Program-made: the position numbers and the translations under genes
Shown here: positions 46,893 through 57,877 of the stretch, one piece after another
Layout of the letters: every line of letters begins with the position of its first letter
Numbering within the stretch: the stretch's first letter is position 1
Notes under the pieces: generated by a model
The model's input: the letters and a program-made list of their open reading frames with translations, nothing else
Database searches by the model: none
What the model was told of the DNA's origin: nothing
DNA from: Candidatus Nomurabacteria bacterium
GTDB lineage: Bacteria > Patescibacteriota > Minisyncoccia > Phycocordibacterales > UBA9973
NCBI GenBank assembly: GCA_029288725.1
Contig: JARIGS010000004.1
Span: 15,132-79,131 of the forward strand
Direction: 5' to 3'
DNA length: 64,000 bases

Positions 46893-47168
46893 CCTCGCCC
46901 GCTCCGAGGAATCTTTCCCTTCTGGAGACACGCATATTTTTCTGCTGAAAAATTGCTGTGCTCGCGCCAGTCGCGCTGCGCAAGTCTCCATCTGTGAAAA
47001 TTCCTCTTCACATGCTCGATCACGTAATGTGGATACAAAGGCAGAACGTTTCCGGTGCCACCTAATGCGAGGCCGAAGATGATCTAATCTTTTCCCGCCT
47101 GCTTGCCAGGGAAAAATTAGATCATCAGAGCAATATCCCACATTTATGAATTTATATATACTACTACT
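46893..47168 (+). ncRNA. Candidate structured noncoding region between metG and tatD (nested helices plus an ~18-bp hairpin).
   Basis: Nested inverted repeats: CCTCG...CGAGG (46893-46909), GAGGAAT...ATTCCTC, GGAGAC...GTCTCC, TTTTTC-TGCT-GAAAAA and GCGC-cagtc-GCGC (46906-47018). Long hairpin GATGATCTAATCTTTTCCC / GGGAAAAATTAGATCATC (47078-47127). No ORF and no T-run terminator. Confidence 0.3.
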
Positions 47169-48008
47169 ATGAAAACAATAGACACCCATTCCCACTATAA
47201 TCTTGCGCAGTTTGATGAGGATCGCGAGGCGGCGATTGCGCGCATGATGGAAGCGGGGGTAGGGACGATCTGTGTTGGAGTGGATTTGGAAACGAGCAAA
47301 TTGGCAATCGATATTGCGGCTCAGAACGAAACAATTTGGGCATGTGTTGGTCAGCATCCGACCGAATGGGCGCAAGAGTACGATGCAGCGGAATTTGCTG
47401 ATCTTGCCAAAGGCAACAATGTTGTGGCAATCGGCGAATGTGGTTTGGATTATTACCGACCGGAGGAACGTGCACACAAGCCAGAACAGGTAGTATTGTT
47501 TCGCCGTCAGATTGAATTGGCGATAGAAAGTGGCTTGCCATTGATGCTGCACATTAGGCCGAGCAGGCTTGGCTCGCCAGAGCAAAGCGACGGCGGCGAA
47601 TATGATGCGTATGATGATGCCATTGCCATTTTAAAGGAGTATAAAAACGATCTTATTGAGGAGAACGCCCCTTCGACTTCGCTCAGGGCACTACGTGGTA
47701 CCGCCCATTTCTTTGTTGGTGACAAGCGCATTGCCCAGGAATTCCTGGATTTGGGCTTCCATATTTCGTTTTCCGGGGTCATTACCTTCGTGAAGGAATA
47801 TGAGGAAATCGTGGCATTTGTCCCGCTAGATCGTATTTTGAGCGAAACTGACGCGCCGTTTGCCGCCCCAGCCCCATATCGTGGCAAACGCAATGAACCA
47901 GCGTATGTACCAGAGATAGTACAAAAAATAGCCCAAATAAAGGGGTTCTCATTAGAAGAGACCGAAAAACGGCTACTTTTAAATGCTAAAAACCTCTTCG
48001 GTATTTAA
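47169..48008 (+). CDS. tatD: TatD-family metal-dependent hydrolase/DNase.
   Basis: 'IDTHSHYNL' (HxH), 'AIGECGLDYY', 'MLHIR', 'HFFVGD', 'ILSETDAPF'. Confidence 0.85.
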   Translation: MKTIDTHSHYNLAQFDEDREAAIARMMEAGVGTICVGVDLETSKLAIDIAAQNETIWACVGQHPTEWAQEYDAAEFADLAKGNNVVAIGECGLDYYRPEERAHKPEQVVLFRRQIELAIESGLPLMLHIRPSRLGSPEQSDGGEYDAYDDAIAILKEYKNDLIEENAPSTSLRALRGTAHFFVGDKRIAQEFLDLGFHISFSGVITFVKEYEEIVAFVPLDRILSETDAPFAAPAPYRGKRNEPAYVPEIVQKIAQIKGFSLEETEKRLLLNAKNLFGI

Positions 48009-48054
48009 ATATCGACATAACCTCAATACGTTTCCGGCACCACAGATTTTGCCT

Positions 48055-48083
48055 ATTTTACAATATAGGCTTTTTAGGGTAGT
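48055..48083 (+). promoter_or_regulatory. Promoter TTTACA-N17-TAGTAT upstream of rpsF.
   Basis: Read directly. Confidence 0.4.
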
Positions 48084-48085
48084 AT

Positions 48086-48164
48086 GACCCCGTAGCCCCC
48101 GTTCCACGTCTGACGTGGCATTGGTCCGAAGCGGGCTCATTTAACAAATAAAACCATATATTAC
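48086..48164 (+). promoter_or_regulatory. Structured 5' leader of the rpsF-ssb-rpsR operon: candidate S6:S18 autoregulatory element.
   Basis: Hairpins 'CCACGTC-t-GACGTGG' and 'GTAGCCC...GGGCTC' directly upstream of the rpsF start. The position is analogous to the known rpsF leader motif. Confidence 0.3.
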
Positions 48165-48698
48165 ATGGATAATAATCGTACCTACGAACTCGGATACCTT
48201 CTCGTACCGACTATCATTGAAAGCGAGGTTGATACTGCAGTGGCAACACTGAAAAATACCCTTGCCTCAGTTGAAGGCTCAGTCATTTCAGAAGGCACTC
48301 CAGAATTCATCGATCTTGCTTACCAGATCGAAAAGAACGTTAAAAGTAAGAAAATGAAGTGGTCACAAGGATACTTCGGTTGGATCAAATTCACCGCAGC
48401 CCCTGAAACCCTCGAAGCACTTAAGAAAGCATTTGATGCCAACCTTGAATTGATGCGCTACATGCTCATCAAGACCGATGCAGCAAATAACGTGATCTTT
48501 AAGAAGCCAAAAGTTGAAGCAAAGCGCGGTGGCGAAGAGTCATTTGACGAAGCGGAACTTGAAAGTATCGCAAGCGATATGGACAAAGAAGTCGTAGCCG
48601 AAGGCGAAGATTCCGAGCAGAGCGAAGAAGGAGAAGACCTTAAAGAAGTTCACGAAACCCTTCCAAACGTCGAAAGTGATATAATTAGTGAAGCGTAA
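48165..48698 (+). CDS. rpsF: 30S ribosomal protein S6 with an acidic C-terminal extension.
   Basis: 'RTYELGYLLVPT...EGSVISEGTPEFIDLAYQI' S6 fold. Gene order rpsF-ssb-rpsR. Confidence 0.85.
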   Translation: MDNNRTYELGYLLVPTIIESEVDTAVATLKNTLASVEGSVISEGTPEFIDLAYQIEKNVKSKKMKWSQGYFGWIKFTAAPETLEALKKAFDANLELMRYMLIKTDAANNVIFKKPKVEAKRGGEESFDEAELESIASDMDKEVVAEGEDSEQSEEGEDLKEVHETLPNVESDIISEA

Positions 48699-48725
48699 TA
48701 TTACCAACTAATTTATTCCATTATT

Positions 48726-49208
48726 ATGTATCTCAACAAAGTATTTCTCATCGGTAACCTTACCCGCGATCCAGAACTGAAGGCATTGCCTTCAGGCAGC
48801 AAAGTGGCCAGTATTTCAATGGCTACCAATCGCGTCTGGAAAGACCAGGCTGGTGCCCGTCAGGAAGCAACCGAATACCACAACGTTGTGGCATTTGGCC
48901 GCCAGGCGGAAAACCTCGCTCAGTACGCCCGCAAGGGAAGTTCACTGTTCGTAGAAGGACGCATTCAGACTCGAAGTTGGGATGGTCAGGACGGCAAGAA
49001 AAATTACCGTACCGAAATCATCATTGATAACTTCCAGTTTGGTCCAAAAGCAGGAGGTAGTGCTGGTGGGTTCGGAGATGGTTCACGCCCCGCTCCTTCA
49101 ATGTCCGGCGTATCAGACGCCGAAGCACCACAAAAGAGTGCTCCAGCTGATCTTGATACCATCGAATATCCTGATGAGGAAATCAACCTTGAAGACATTC
49201 CATTCTAA
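48726..49208 (+). CDS. ssb: Single-stranded DNA-binding protein.
   Basis: OB-fold '[16 protein letters not shown]...[37 protein letters not shown]', Gly-rich linker and acidic 'DIPF' tip. Confidence 0.9.
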   Translation: MYLNKVFLIGNLTRDPELKALPSGSKVASISMATNRVWKDQAGARQEATEYHNVVAFGRQAENLAQYARKGSSLFVEGRIQTRSWDGQDGKKNYRTEIIIDNFQFGPKAGGSAGGFGDGSRPAPSMSGVSDAEAPQKSAPADLDTIEYPDEEINLEDIPF

Positions 49209-49213
49209 ATCTT

Positions 49214-49414
49214 ATGAAAAACGATTACTTTAATTCAAATAACATTGCGTTTATCGACTACAAGGATGTCGAAAGCCTCAAGAAATTCTTGAATCCAAAC
49301 GGCCGCATCCTGTCTCGCCGCCGCACCGGCCTTACTGCCAAGAACCAGCGTTCATTGGCTGAAGCGGTAAAGCGCGCACGATTCATGGCACTATTGCCAT
49401 TCGTAGCGAACTAA
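49214..49414 (+). CDS. rpsR: 30S ribosomal protein S18.
   Basis: '[50 protein letters not shown]'. Confidence 0.95.
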   Translation: MKNDYFNSNNIAFIDYKDVESLKKFLNPNGRILSRRRTGLTAKNQRSLAEAVKRARFMALLPFVAN

Positions 49415-49421
49415 CGAAAGC

Positions 49422-49455
49422 AAAAAGCCGATCCCTTACGGGATCGGCTTTTTGT
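49422..49455. terminator. Bidirectional terminator AAAAAGCCGATCCC-TTAC-GGGATCGGCTTTTT between rpsR and efp.
   Basis: Perfect 10-bp stem with an A-run and a T-run. Confidence 0.8.
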
Positions 49456-49481
49456 TTTGTGAGCTAGGTCTGATCTAGTGA

Positions 49482-50063
49482 TTAAACGCGTTCCGCGTAT
49501 TCACCGGTATCGGTATTGATACGGATCTTGTCGCCAGCTTCCACGAACAGGGGAGCGTCGATAGTAGAACCGTTTTCGAGTACTACTACCTTGGTGCCAC
49601 CGGTCACACTGTTACCCTTTACGGATGGTGGTGCTTCCTTCACTTCCATTTCCACCTTGATTGGTACCTTGATACCGATGATGCGTTCCTCATCTTCATC
49701 ATTCACGAAGACATTCAATTCGATTTCTGAATTTTCCTTGATGTACTTGAGCTTGTCACCGACAATGTCCTCCTTGAGAGAGAAGCGCTGACTGCGGTCC
49801 TTCACGTCACAGAACCAGATTTCGCCCTTTGCCTTGTACAAATAAATGGCAGGACGGTTAACCATGTCGGCTTCATGGACCTTTTCGGATGAACCGAATG
49901 AGATTTCAGCCACGCGTCCGGTGATAAGGTTCTTCAGTTTGGTCGCATTGACCGGCTTGCGCTGCTGCTTACGGAAAACGTGACTATGAATGACTTCATA
50001 CGGTTCACCTTCCCAAAGGATAATCTTGCGTTCGCGAATTTCGTTGTATTCTAACATTGCCAT
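49482..50063 (-). CDS. efp: Translation elongation factor P.
   Basis: Three-domain EF-P, 'VIHSHVFRKQQRKPVNATKLKNLITG' loop region. Length 193 aa. Confidence 0.9.
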   Translation of the reverse strand: MAMLEYNEIRERKIILWEGEPYEVIHSHVFRKQQRKPVNATKLKNLITGRVAEISFGSSEKVHEADMVNRPAIYLYKAKGEIWFCDVKDRSQRFSLKEDIVGDKLKYIKENSEIELNVFVNDEDEERIIGIKVPIKVEMEVKEAPPSVKGNSVTGGTKVVVLENGSTIDAPLFVEAGDKIRINTDTGEYAERV

Positions 50064-50160
50064 AGGATAACTCTGGATTATTGTTTAACTGAAAAATTGT
50101 AGCCGAAAGAGGGGTAAAAGTCCAATTAAGAAACCCGCCATTGCTGACGGGTTTTAATTG

Positions 50161-50496
50161 TTACTGGGGACTGCTTGTAGCAACGAGTTCGTATACTACG
50201 CGTAAAATTTCGATGATAATACCGTGGTACCCATCCCTACTTGTCGGTTCTTCTATTGATTTATTATGCATTTCTATCAATAGGACTTCTTGTTTTTTGT
50301 AAGCCTCGGGGAAGATTTTTTTACTTAAACTAAGCAACGTATTAATTTCTTCAGATGAAAGGTTTTCATCTTTAAACATATACGAACATATCTGTATAAG
50401 ATCATTCATATCTCCATCCTTAATCTTACTTCCCAAGATGCGGGTAAATTGTCCCATACTGGGAAACAGGGAATCGAAGCTAACTTGTGGTGCCAT
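50161..50496 (-). CDS. Hypothetical protein (111 aa).
   Basis: Intact ORF with a downstream hairpin (50130-50158). No motif recognised. Confidence 0.4.
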   Translation of the reverse strand: MAPQVSFDSLFPSMGQFTRILGSKIKDGDMNDLIQICSYMFKDENLSSEEINTLLSLSKKIFPEAYKKQEVLLIEMHNKSIEEPTSRDGYHGIIIEILRVVYELVATSSPQ

Positions 50497-50604
50497 TTTT
50501 TTATATTATTAAATTTCTTTCTTTATTATACCACATTTAAAATAAAAAAGCAACCCTATCAAGGGTTGGCTTTTTAGCTTGCAATAAAAGGGGATTGGAA
50601 GGAA

Positions 50605-51735
50605 TTACTCAGCGGCGCTGGTCATGACTACTTCCTTCATGCGCTTGCGTACATCTTTAAGGATCTGGTCACGGATCTTGGTATTTTCACGCATGAAGAT
50701 ACGGCTCGCGTCGTAACCACGGCCAAGTTTGATTTCACCTTCTTCGCTCGCCGTAGATTCATCGGAGGAGGGTTCGTTTGCGTCTTCACCATCTTTGCCC
50801 GCCTTCGTCTTCTTCGAAGACTTCGGAGCGGGGACACTAGGGAGGTATGAGTATGAAGTGCCACTTTTCTTGATCAGACCGAGGCTTTCACCAAGGGCGA
50901 GCAGTTCGCCTTCGAGAGAAATACCTTCACCATAAATGATATCGAATTCGGTCTGCTTGAATGGGGCAGCGACCTTGTTCTTCACGACTTTCACGCGGGT
51001 ACGAGAGCCTACCACTTCGTCACCCTTCTTGATCTGGGCAATGCGGCGAATATCAAGACGGACTGAGGTGTAGAACTTCAATGCCTTGCCACCTGGAGTG
51101 GTCTCTGGGTTACCAAACATGATACCGATCTGCATGCGGATCTGGTTAATGAAGATCACAATAGTATTGGAACGAGCAACGATAGCAGTGAGCTTACGAA
51201 GGGCCTGAGACATCAGACGAGCCTGCTTACCGACATGCTGTGCGCCCATGTCACCCTCGATTTCATCCTTTGGGGTGAGGGCAGCCACTGAGTCAACGAC
51301 GATAACGTCGATCTTGCCACTGCGTACGAGGCTTTCAGTGATTTCAAGACCCTGTTCACCCGTGTCAGGCTGGGAAATGAGCAGTTCCTTGATGTTCACG
51401 CCGATGTTTGCCGCATAGTCAGGATCCATAGCGTGTTCTGCATCAATGTAGGCACAGACACCGCCGAGTTTTTGAGCTTCTGCCACGACGTGCAATGCAA
51501 GGGTAGTCTTACCGGATGATTCTGGACCAAATATTTCAATGATACGACCGCGGGGAAGACCGCCAATACCAAGGGCAATATCAAGACCGATAGAGCCAGT
51601 CGGGATAGCGGAAACTGCTACTTTCGGGGTTTCGCCGAGTTTCATGATTGCTCCTTCGCCGAACTTGGTCTGAAGGGATTTGATTGTATCTTCAATCGAA
51701 GCGTTATGTTCTTTGGGTGCGGATTTTTTTGCCAT
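50605..51735 (-). CDS. recA: Recombinase RecA with a low-complexity Ser/Lys/Glu-rich insertion near the C-terminus.
   Basis: Walker A 'GPESSGKTT', 'IVVDSVAAL', L2 loop '[15 protein letters not shown]'. The insertion is '[36 protein letters not shown]'. Confidence 0.95.
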   Translation of the reverse strand: MAKKSAPKEHNASIEDTIKSLQTKFGEGAIMKLGETPKVAVSAIPTGSIGLDIALGIGGLPRGRIIEIFGPESSGKTTLALHVVAEAQKLGGVCAYIDAEHAMDPDYAANIGVNIKELLISQPDTGEQGLEITESLVRSGKIDVIVVDSVAALTPKDEIEGDMGAQHVGKQARLMSQALRKLTAIVARSNTIVIFINQIRMQIGIMFGNPETTPGGKALKFYTSVRLDIRRIAQIKKGDEVVGSRTRVKVVKNKVAAPFKQTEFDIIYGEGISLEGELLALGESLGLIKKSGTSYSYLPSVPAPKSSKKTKAGKDGEDANEPSSDESTASEEGEIKLGRGYDASRIFMRENTKIRDQILKDVRKRMKEVVMTSAAE

Positions 51736-51760
51736 AGGGGATGTAAATAATTAGGGAGTA

Positions 51761-52156
51761 CTAACGCTGATAAGGAGAGGCACTGTTGTCCGCCACGGTA
51801 GCGGAAGGGATTGCCACAACATGCAGGGTATCGGTCTTTTGCTTGCCGAACTGATCACGCTCTGCAACCTCTACTATATTATACCCCGGAGAGAGGATGA
51901 CGCCATCAGAGAACTGACCCTGACGATCAACACCAATGGAGCGGCCGTTCACGGTAATTGCCGTAGCGTGCTTTGCCGAACCAGTAATAGGGAGGTAAGT
52001 ACCGTCAACAGTTGAGCCGTCGGCCACAGCATTCACCGTCAATGGCGTGCCAAACAGCATATCCTTGATATTGTAGAGTACCAATCCGAGAAATCCTGCA
52101 ACGAGGACACCAGTCAGAATAGTAATAAGAGTAAGTTTTCCGATAATTTTTCTCAT
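51761..52156 (-). CDS. Hypothetical membrane-anchored protein with an extracytoplasmic beta domain.
   Basis: N-terminal TM 'LTLITILTGVLVAGFLGLVLY'. No family motif recognised. Confidence 0.45.
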   Translation of the reverse strand: MRKIIGKLTLITILTGVLVAGFLGLVLYNIKDMLFGTPLTVNAVADGSTVDGTYLPITGSAKHATAITVNGRSIGVDRQGQFSDGVILSPGYNIVEVAERDQFGKQKTDTLHVVAIPSATVADNSASPYQR

Positions 52157-52159
52157 ATG

Positions 52160-54373
<2,214 letters not shown>

Positions 54374-54547
54374 GGCGTTCTGTCCTCTGAGTATATCACT
54401 GAGCGTAATGAAAAACTATTATGGTGTATGGGTTTTTTCAATACTACTGTCTTGAAAGGCAAGACTTGTCCGATAAGATAATGAAGCGTATACTGCCGAT
54501 ACTTGTCCGATAGGGAGGATAATATAAAGGACTATAAGAGACATATT

Positions 54548-55183
54548 ATGGACTCATTACAATACTTACATACAAAGGAAAAAATAAAAGACAATACAAA
54601 AGGACAAAAAATTGCAGCGGCTTTGTACCTCATTAGCAATCATTTGTCCGATAATGATCCTCTTAAAAACAGCCTTCGCAGTCACGGAGTGACCCTGACG
54701 ACCACTGAGCATGAGGGTCAGAAAAGAGTGGCTATTCGAGCAATCGAAACCCTGCTTGGTACAGCAGTATTGGCTGGATTAATGAGCGAAAAAAATGTCT
54801 CCATTATCTATCTCGAACTTCGTCACTACGCAGTGCAACTCACTACTGAATCTGACCCCATCTCCTCCCTGTTTTCTCCTGTCCTTGAAAGTACCCTCCC
54901 TTCGTCTCAAAATTTGTCCTATAAAACTAACCCAGTAAAATCTTTCACTAATCAGGTTGCATACCAAAAAAATATTCAAACAAATGAAAGCAAATCAAAA
55001 AGACAGGATGCTATTTTGTCTTTTATCAATGAACGCAAGTCAGTCGGCATCAAGGACATTGCAGCCCTCTTTTCGGACACCAGTGAGAAGACTATCCAGC
55101 GTGAATTGGGAGCATTAGTAGCGGCTGGCAAGATCAATAAGAGAGGGGAGAAACGGTGGAGTATCTATTTGAGTGTGAACTAA
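54548..55183 (+). CDS. Putative transcriptional regulator with a C-terminal winged-helix DNA-binding domain.
   Basis: C-terminal 'RQDAILSFINERKSVGIKDIAALFSDTSEKTIQRELGALVAAGKINKRGEKRWSIYL' is DeoR/HTH-like. The track ORF opens at a TTG at 54503; the first ATG is 54548. Confidence 0.45.
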   Translation: MDSLQYLHTKEKIKDNTKGQKIAAALYLISNHLSDNDPLKNSLRSHGVTLTTTEHEGQKRVAIRAIETLLGTAVLAGLMSEKNVSIIYLELRHYAVQLTTESDPISSLFSPVLESTLPSSQNLSYKTNPVKSFTNQVAYQKNIQTNESKSKRQDAILSFINERKSVGIKDIAALFSDTSEKTIQRELGALVAAGKINKRGEKRWSIYLSVN

Positions 55184-55698
55184 GGTAGCCCATCCGAGAG
55201 ACTGCATTTATTGTAAGATTTCTCTCATTGTTTCGTCTAACAGATAAGTGGTTTTTCACGCATTGTTTTTGCAGGAAAGTCAGTTACGGGCTATACTGTC
55301 CGAGTCATAATACGCTAGTCTTAAACCGACTATTGTGTTATTATGATAACTGTCTTTCTGTGTCACTATCTCGACAGGAAACTGTCGTGTTAGAGAAACA
55401 GAAGACAATAGTGGGAAACCACGAATTGAATGGTCATTGAAAACAGAATAACGACTGATCGAAAGATCACAAACGTTACGAAATTTTCGACGACCGTTCT
55501 TTTGTTTTCTGTTCTACAGAAGACTTGATATCGGCCTTGTCGACACGGCAGATACGCAATGCAGTAATTCATTGCCGTCTGCAAATTACATCTCTTTTAT
55601 ATAGTGTGATAAAGACACCGTATAAAGGAAACACGTACTGTTCGCACTATTTGTCGATAGTGCAATGAACGCTACGATTAATAAACATTAAATCTTCT
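55184..55698 (+). ncRNA. 515-nt ORF-poor, hairpin-rich region upstream of the major surface protein gene. Candidate 5' leader or small RNA.
   Basis: GNRA-capped hairpin 'CGACAG-GAAA-CTGTCG' (~55372-55387), 'GCAATG-cagtaatt-CATTGC' and 'TGCAG...CTGCA' (~55556-55590). No convincing ORF. Confidence 0.25.
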
Positions 55699-57786
55699 AT
55701 GACAAAATTTACAAAATTCGTCGTAGCTTCAGTTGCTGCTCTTGCTGTTTTCGCAACAGTAAGTACAGCTTCTGCTGCTTACGTACAATCTGGAACTCTT
55801 AAACAGGGTTCAAAAGGTTCTCAGGTGATGTCACTTCAGCAGACACTTAACATGACTTCATGTAAGGTTGCTACTTCTGGAGCTGGCTCAGCTGGTATGG
55901 AAACAACTACTTTCGGTCCTGCTACAAAGGCAGCTGTAAAGTGTTTCCAGGCTGCTAACGGTCTTACTGCTGACGGTGTTGTTGGCGCTATGACTGGTGC
56001 TAAGCTTTCACTCGTTGCTGGCGGTACAGTTTCAACTGGCCTTCCTGCAGGATGTGTATCAACTTCTGGTTACAGTACAGTATCTGGCGCTCCATGTTCT
56101 GGAACTCCTGCTACTACTGTATTCCCAGCTGGTTGTGTATCATCTGTTGGATTCAGTTCAACAACTGGTATGCCTTGTTCATCAAGTTCAACAGCTGTAG
56201 TTGGTGGTCCTTTGAGTATCAACCAGGTGGTTGGTGGCTCAGGCTACACTGCTTCTACTGTTGGTGTTGGTGCTTCAAACAAGCAGGTTGCTGACCTTCG
56301 CATCACTACTGGTGCAGGTGGTTCAGGAACTCTTACTGGTTTGAATGTTACTTTCAAGAACACAAAGACTCCTGGTGACTACATGTTCACTAAGTACGCT
56401 TCAAACGTATCAGTATGGTTGAATGGTGTTCAGGTTGGTTCTCTTCCTGCATCTTCTTTCACTGTGTACAACCAGGCTTTCTCAGCGTACATTCCTCTAG
56501 CTGGTGCAACTCTTGCTCCAAATACAACTAGTGATTTGTACATTGCAGTTTCATCACTTCCAGTGATCGACTCTGCTAACCTTGGTGCAACAAACAACAC
56601 ATTCAGTATCACTGGTACTTCAATCCGTTACAGTGACTCAACAGGTTCTGCATTCCAGTACACTGTTAGTGACTCAACATTGACTAGTTCTACATTCGTA
56701 TTTGACACTGCAGCTTCTGCTTCAAGTATCAAGTTGAATGTTACTAAGGATGTGAATGATTCAACAGACCACACAGTACAGGCTTCATCATCAGCTCACA
56801 CTAATGGTATTACTCTTGCTATGATCGATTTGAACTCACAGGGTACAAACGTATCAATCCAGAGTCTTCCAGTGACTGTTGGTGTTAAGAACACTGGTTC
56901 TGGCACAAACGTTAGTGATGTAGTAAGTACACTTCGCCTTTACAACTCAGCTGGTACTTTGATCGACTCTGAAACAGTTCCTGCAAACGGATCATGTTCA
57001 GGATCAAGTCTCTCTGCTGTTTCAGGTGCAGCATGTGCAACAGTTACATTCACTAACTTCACCAACAACGGTCTTGCTATCCCAACTGGATCAACAAACG
57101 TGTTCACTATCAAGGGTGACATCAACACTGTTGATGGAACTGTGGTAGGTGCTGGTACTTATGCAGTTGCAGAAGTTACAGCCGCTAACACTCTTGCTAT
57201 CCAGGCATACGATGCAAACAACAACCGCCTTACATCAAACAGTACTTACCTTGTTGGTTCAACAACAGGTTCTAAGAACTACTTCTATGTAAACGGTATC
57301 AACGTTGCTGCTAACGGTTCAACTACAAACTCTTACTCTGCTGCAGGTGGTTCACAGACACACGGAATCTTCACTATGACTATTCCTTTCTCTGTAACTT
57401 CATACGGTACGACTTCATACATCCCATCAGCTACAGCTCTTGTATCTGCTGGTACTGTGAACAATCCTACTGCTACCAACGCGCAGACTATCCAGTATGC
57501 AGTTGATAACGGTTCTGCACTTCAGTCATCAGGTGCGAGTGCTACAATTACTTACACAGGCAGTGACTCTCTTGTTCCTGACACAAATGGTAATTACCAA
57601 ATTCCAGTTGGTCAGACAAAGACATTCAACCTTGTTGTAACTTACACTCCTTCTGCTGCTGGTTCATACCGTGCACAGTTGGTTAACGTAAACAACGGCA
57701 CTACCTCTGCAACTTCTGGTTACACTGCGTACACTGCTGGCTTGAATACAAACCAATTCCGCACTTCATACGTAGCTGGTCAGTAA
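55699..57786 (+). CDS. Secreted cell-surface protein: signal peptide, peptidoglycan-binding (PG_binding_1-like) domain, and a long Ser/Thr/Gly/Ala-rich beta region. Candidate major surface or S-layer-like protein.
   Basis: Signal 'FVVASVAALAVFATVSTASA'. PG-binding-like 'GSKGSQVMSLQQTLN...FGPATKAAVKCFQAANGLTADGVVG'. Extreme bias to T/A-ending Ser/Thr/Ala/Gly codons. Strong terminator immediately downstream. Confidence 0.7.
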   Translation: MTKFTKFVVASVAALAVFATVSTASAAYVQSGTLKQGSKGSQVMSLQQTLNMTSCKVATSGAGSAGMETTTFGPATKAAVKCFQAANGLTADGVVGAMTGAKLSLVAGGTVSTGLPAGCVSTSGYSTVSGAPCSGTPATTVFPAGCVSSVGFSSTTGMPCSSSSTAVVGGPLSINQVVGGSGYTASTVGVGASNKQVADLRITTGAGGSGTLTGLNVTFKNTKTPGDYMFTKYASNVSVWLNGVQVGSLPASSFTVYNQAFSAYIPLAGATLAPNTTSDLYIAVSSLPVIDSANLGATNNTFSITGTSIRYSDSTGSAFQYTVSDSTLTSSTFVFDTAASASSIKLNVTKDVNDSTDHTVQASSSAHTNGITLAMIDLNSQGTNVSIQSLPVTVGVKNTGSGTNVSDVVSTLRLYNSAGTLIDSETVPANGSCSGSSLSAVSGAACATVTFTNFTNNGLAIPTGSTNVFTIKGDINTVDGTVVGAGTYAVAEVTAANTLAIQAYDANNNRLTSNSTYLVGSTTGSKNYFYVNGINVAANGSTTNSYSAAGGSQTHGIFTMTIPFSVTSYGTTSYIPSATALVSAGTVNNPTATNAQTIQYAVDNGSALQSSGASATITYTGSDSLVPDTNGNYQIPVGQTKTFNLVVTYTPSAAGSYRAQLVNVNNGTTSATSGYTAYTAGLNTNQFRTSYVAGQ

Positions 57787-57823
57787 TCTTCATTGATTAA
57801 CGATCACTTCGTGTAAGTGAGAC

Positions 57824-57851
57824 AAAAAACCACCCTTCGGGGTGGTTTTTT
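57824..57851 (+). terminator. Strong rho-independent terminator AAAAAACCACCC-TTCG-GGGTGGTTTTTT.
   Basis: Perfect stem with a UUCG-type loop and a T-run. Confidence 0.85.
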
Positions 57852-57877
57852 GCTTTCCGGTACCTTATACTCTGGGG

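Noticed and set aside
47046-48044. Shared 16-nt motif ACGTTTCCGG(TG/CA)CCAC in the metG-tatD and tatD-rpsF intergenic regions
   Set aside because: A 14/16 match between two sites in 64 kb is expected many times by chance (hundreds of such pairs). No further support was found.
49482-50063. Possible Arg-type (EarP-rhamnosylated) EF-P based on 'RKQQRKPVN' aligning to the KPGKG loop
   Set aside because: The loop alignment is ambiguous by eye, and no earP or epmA/epmB gene is present in the window to support either modification system.
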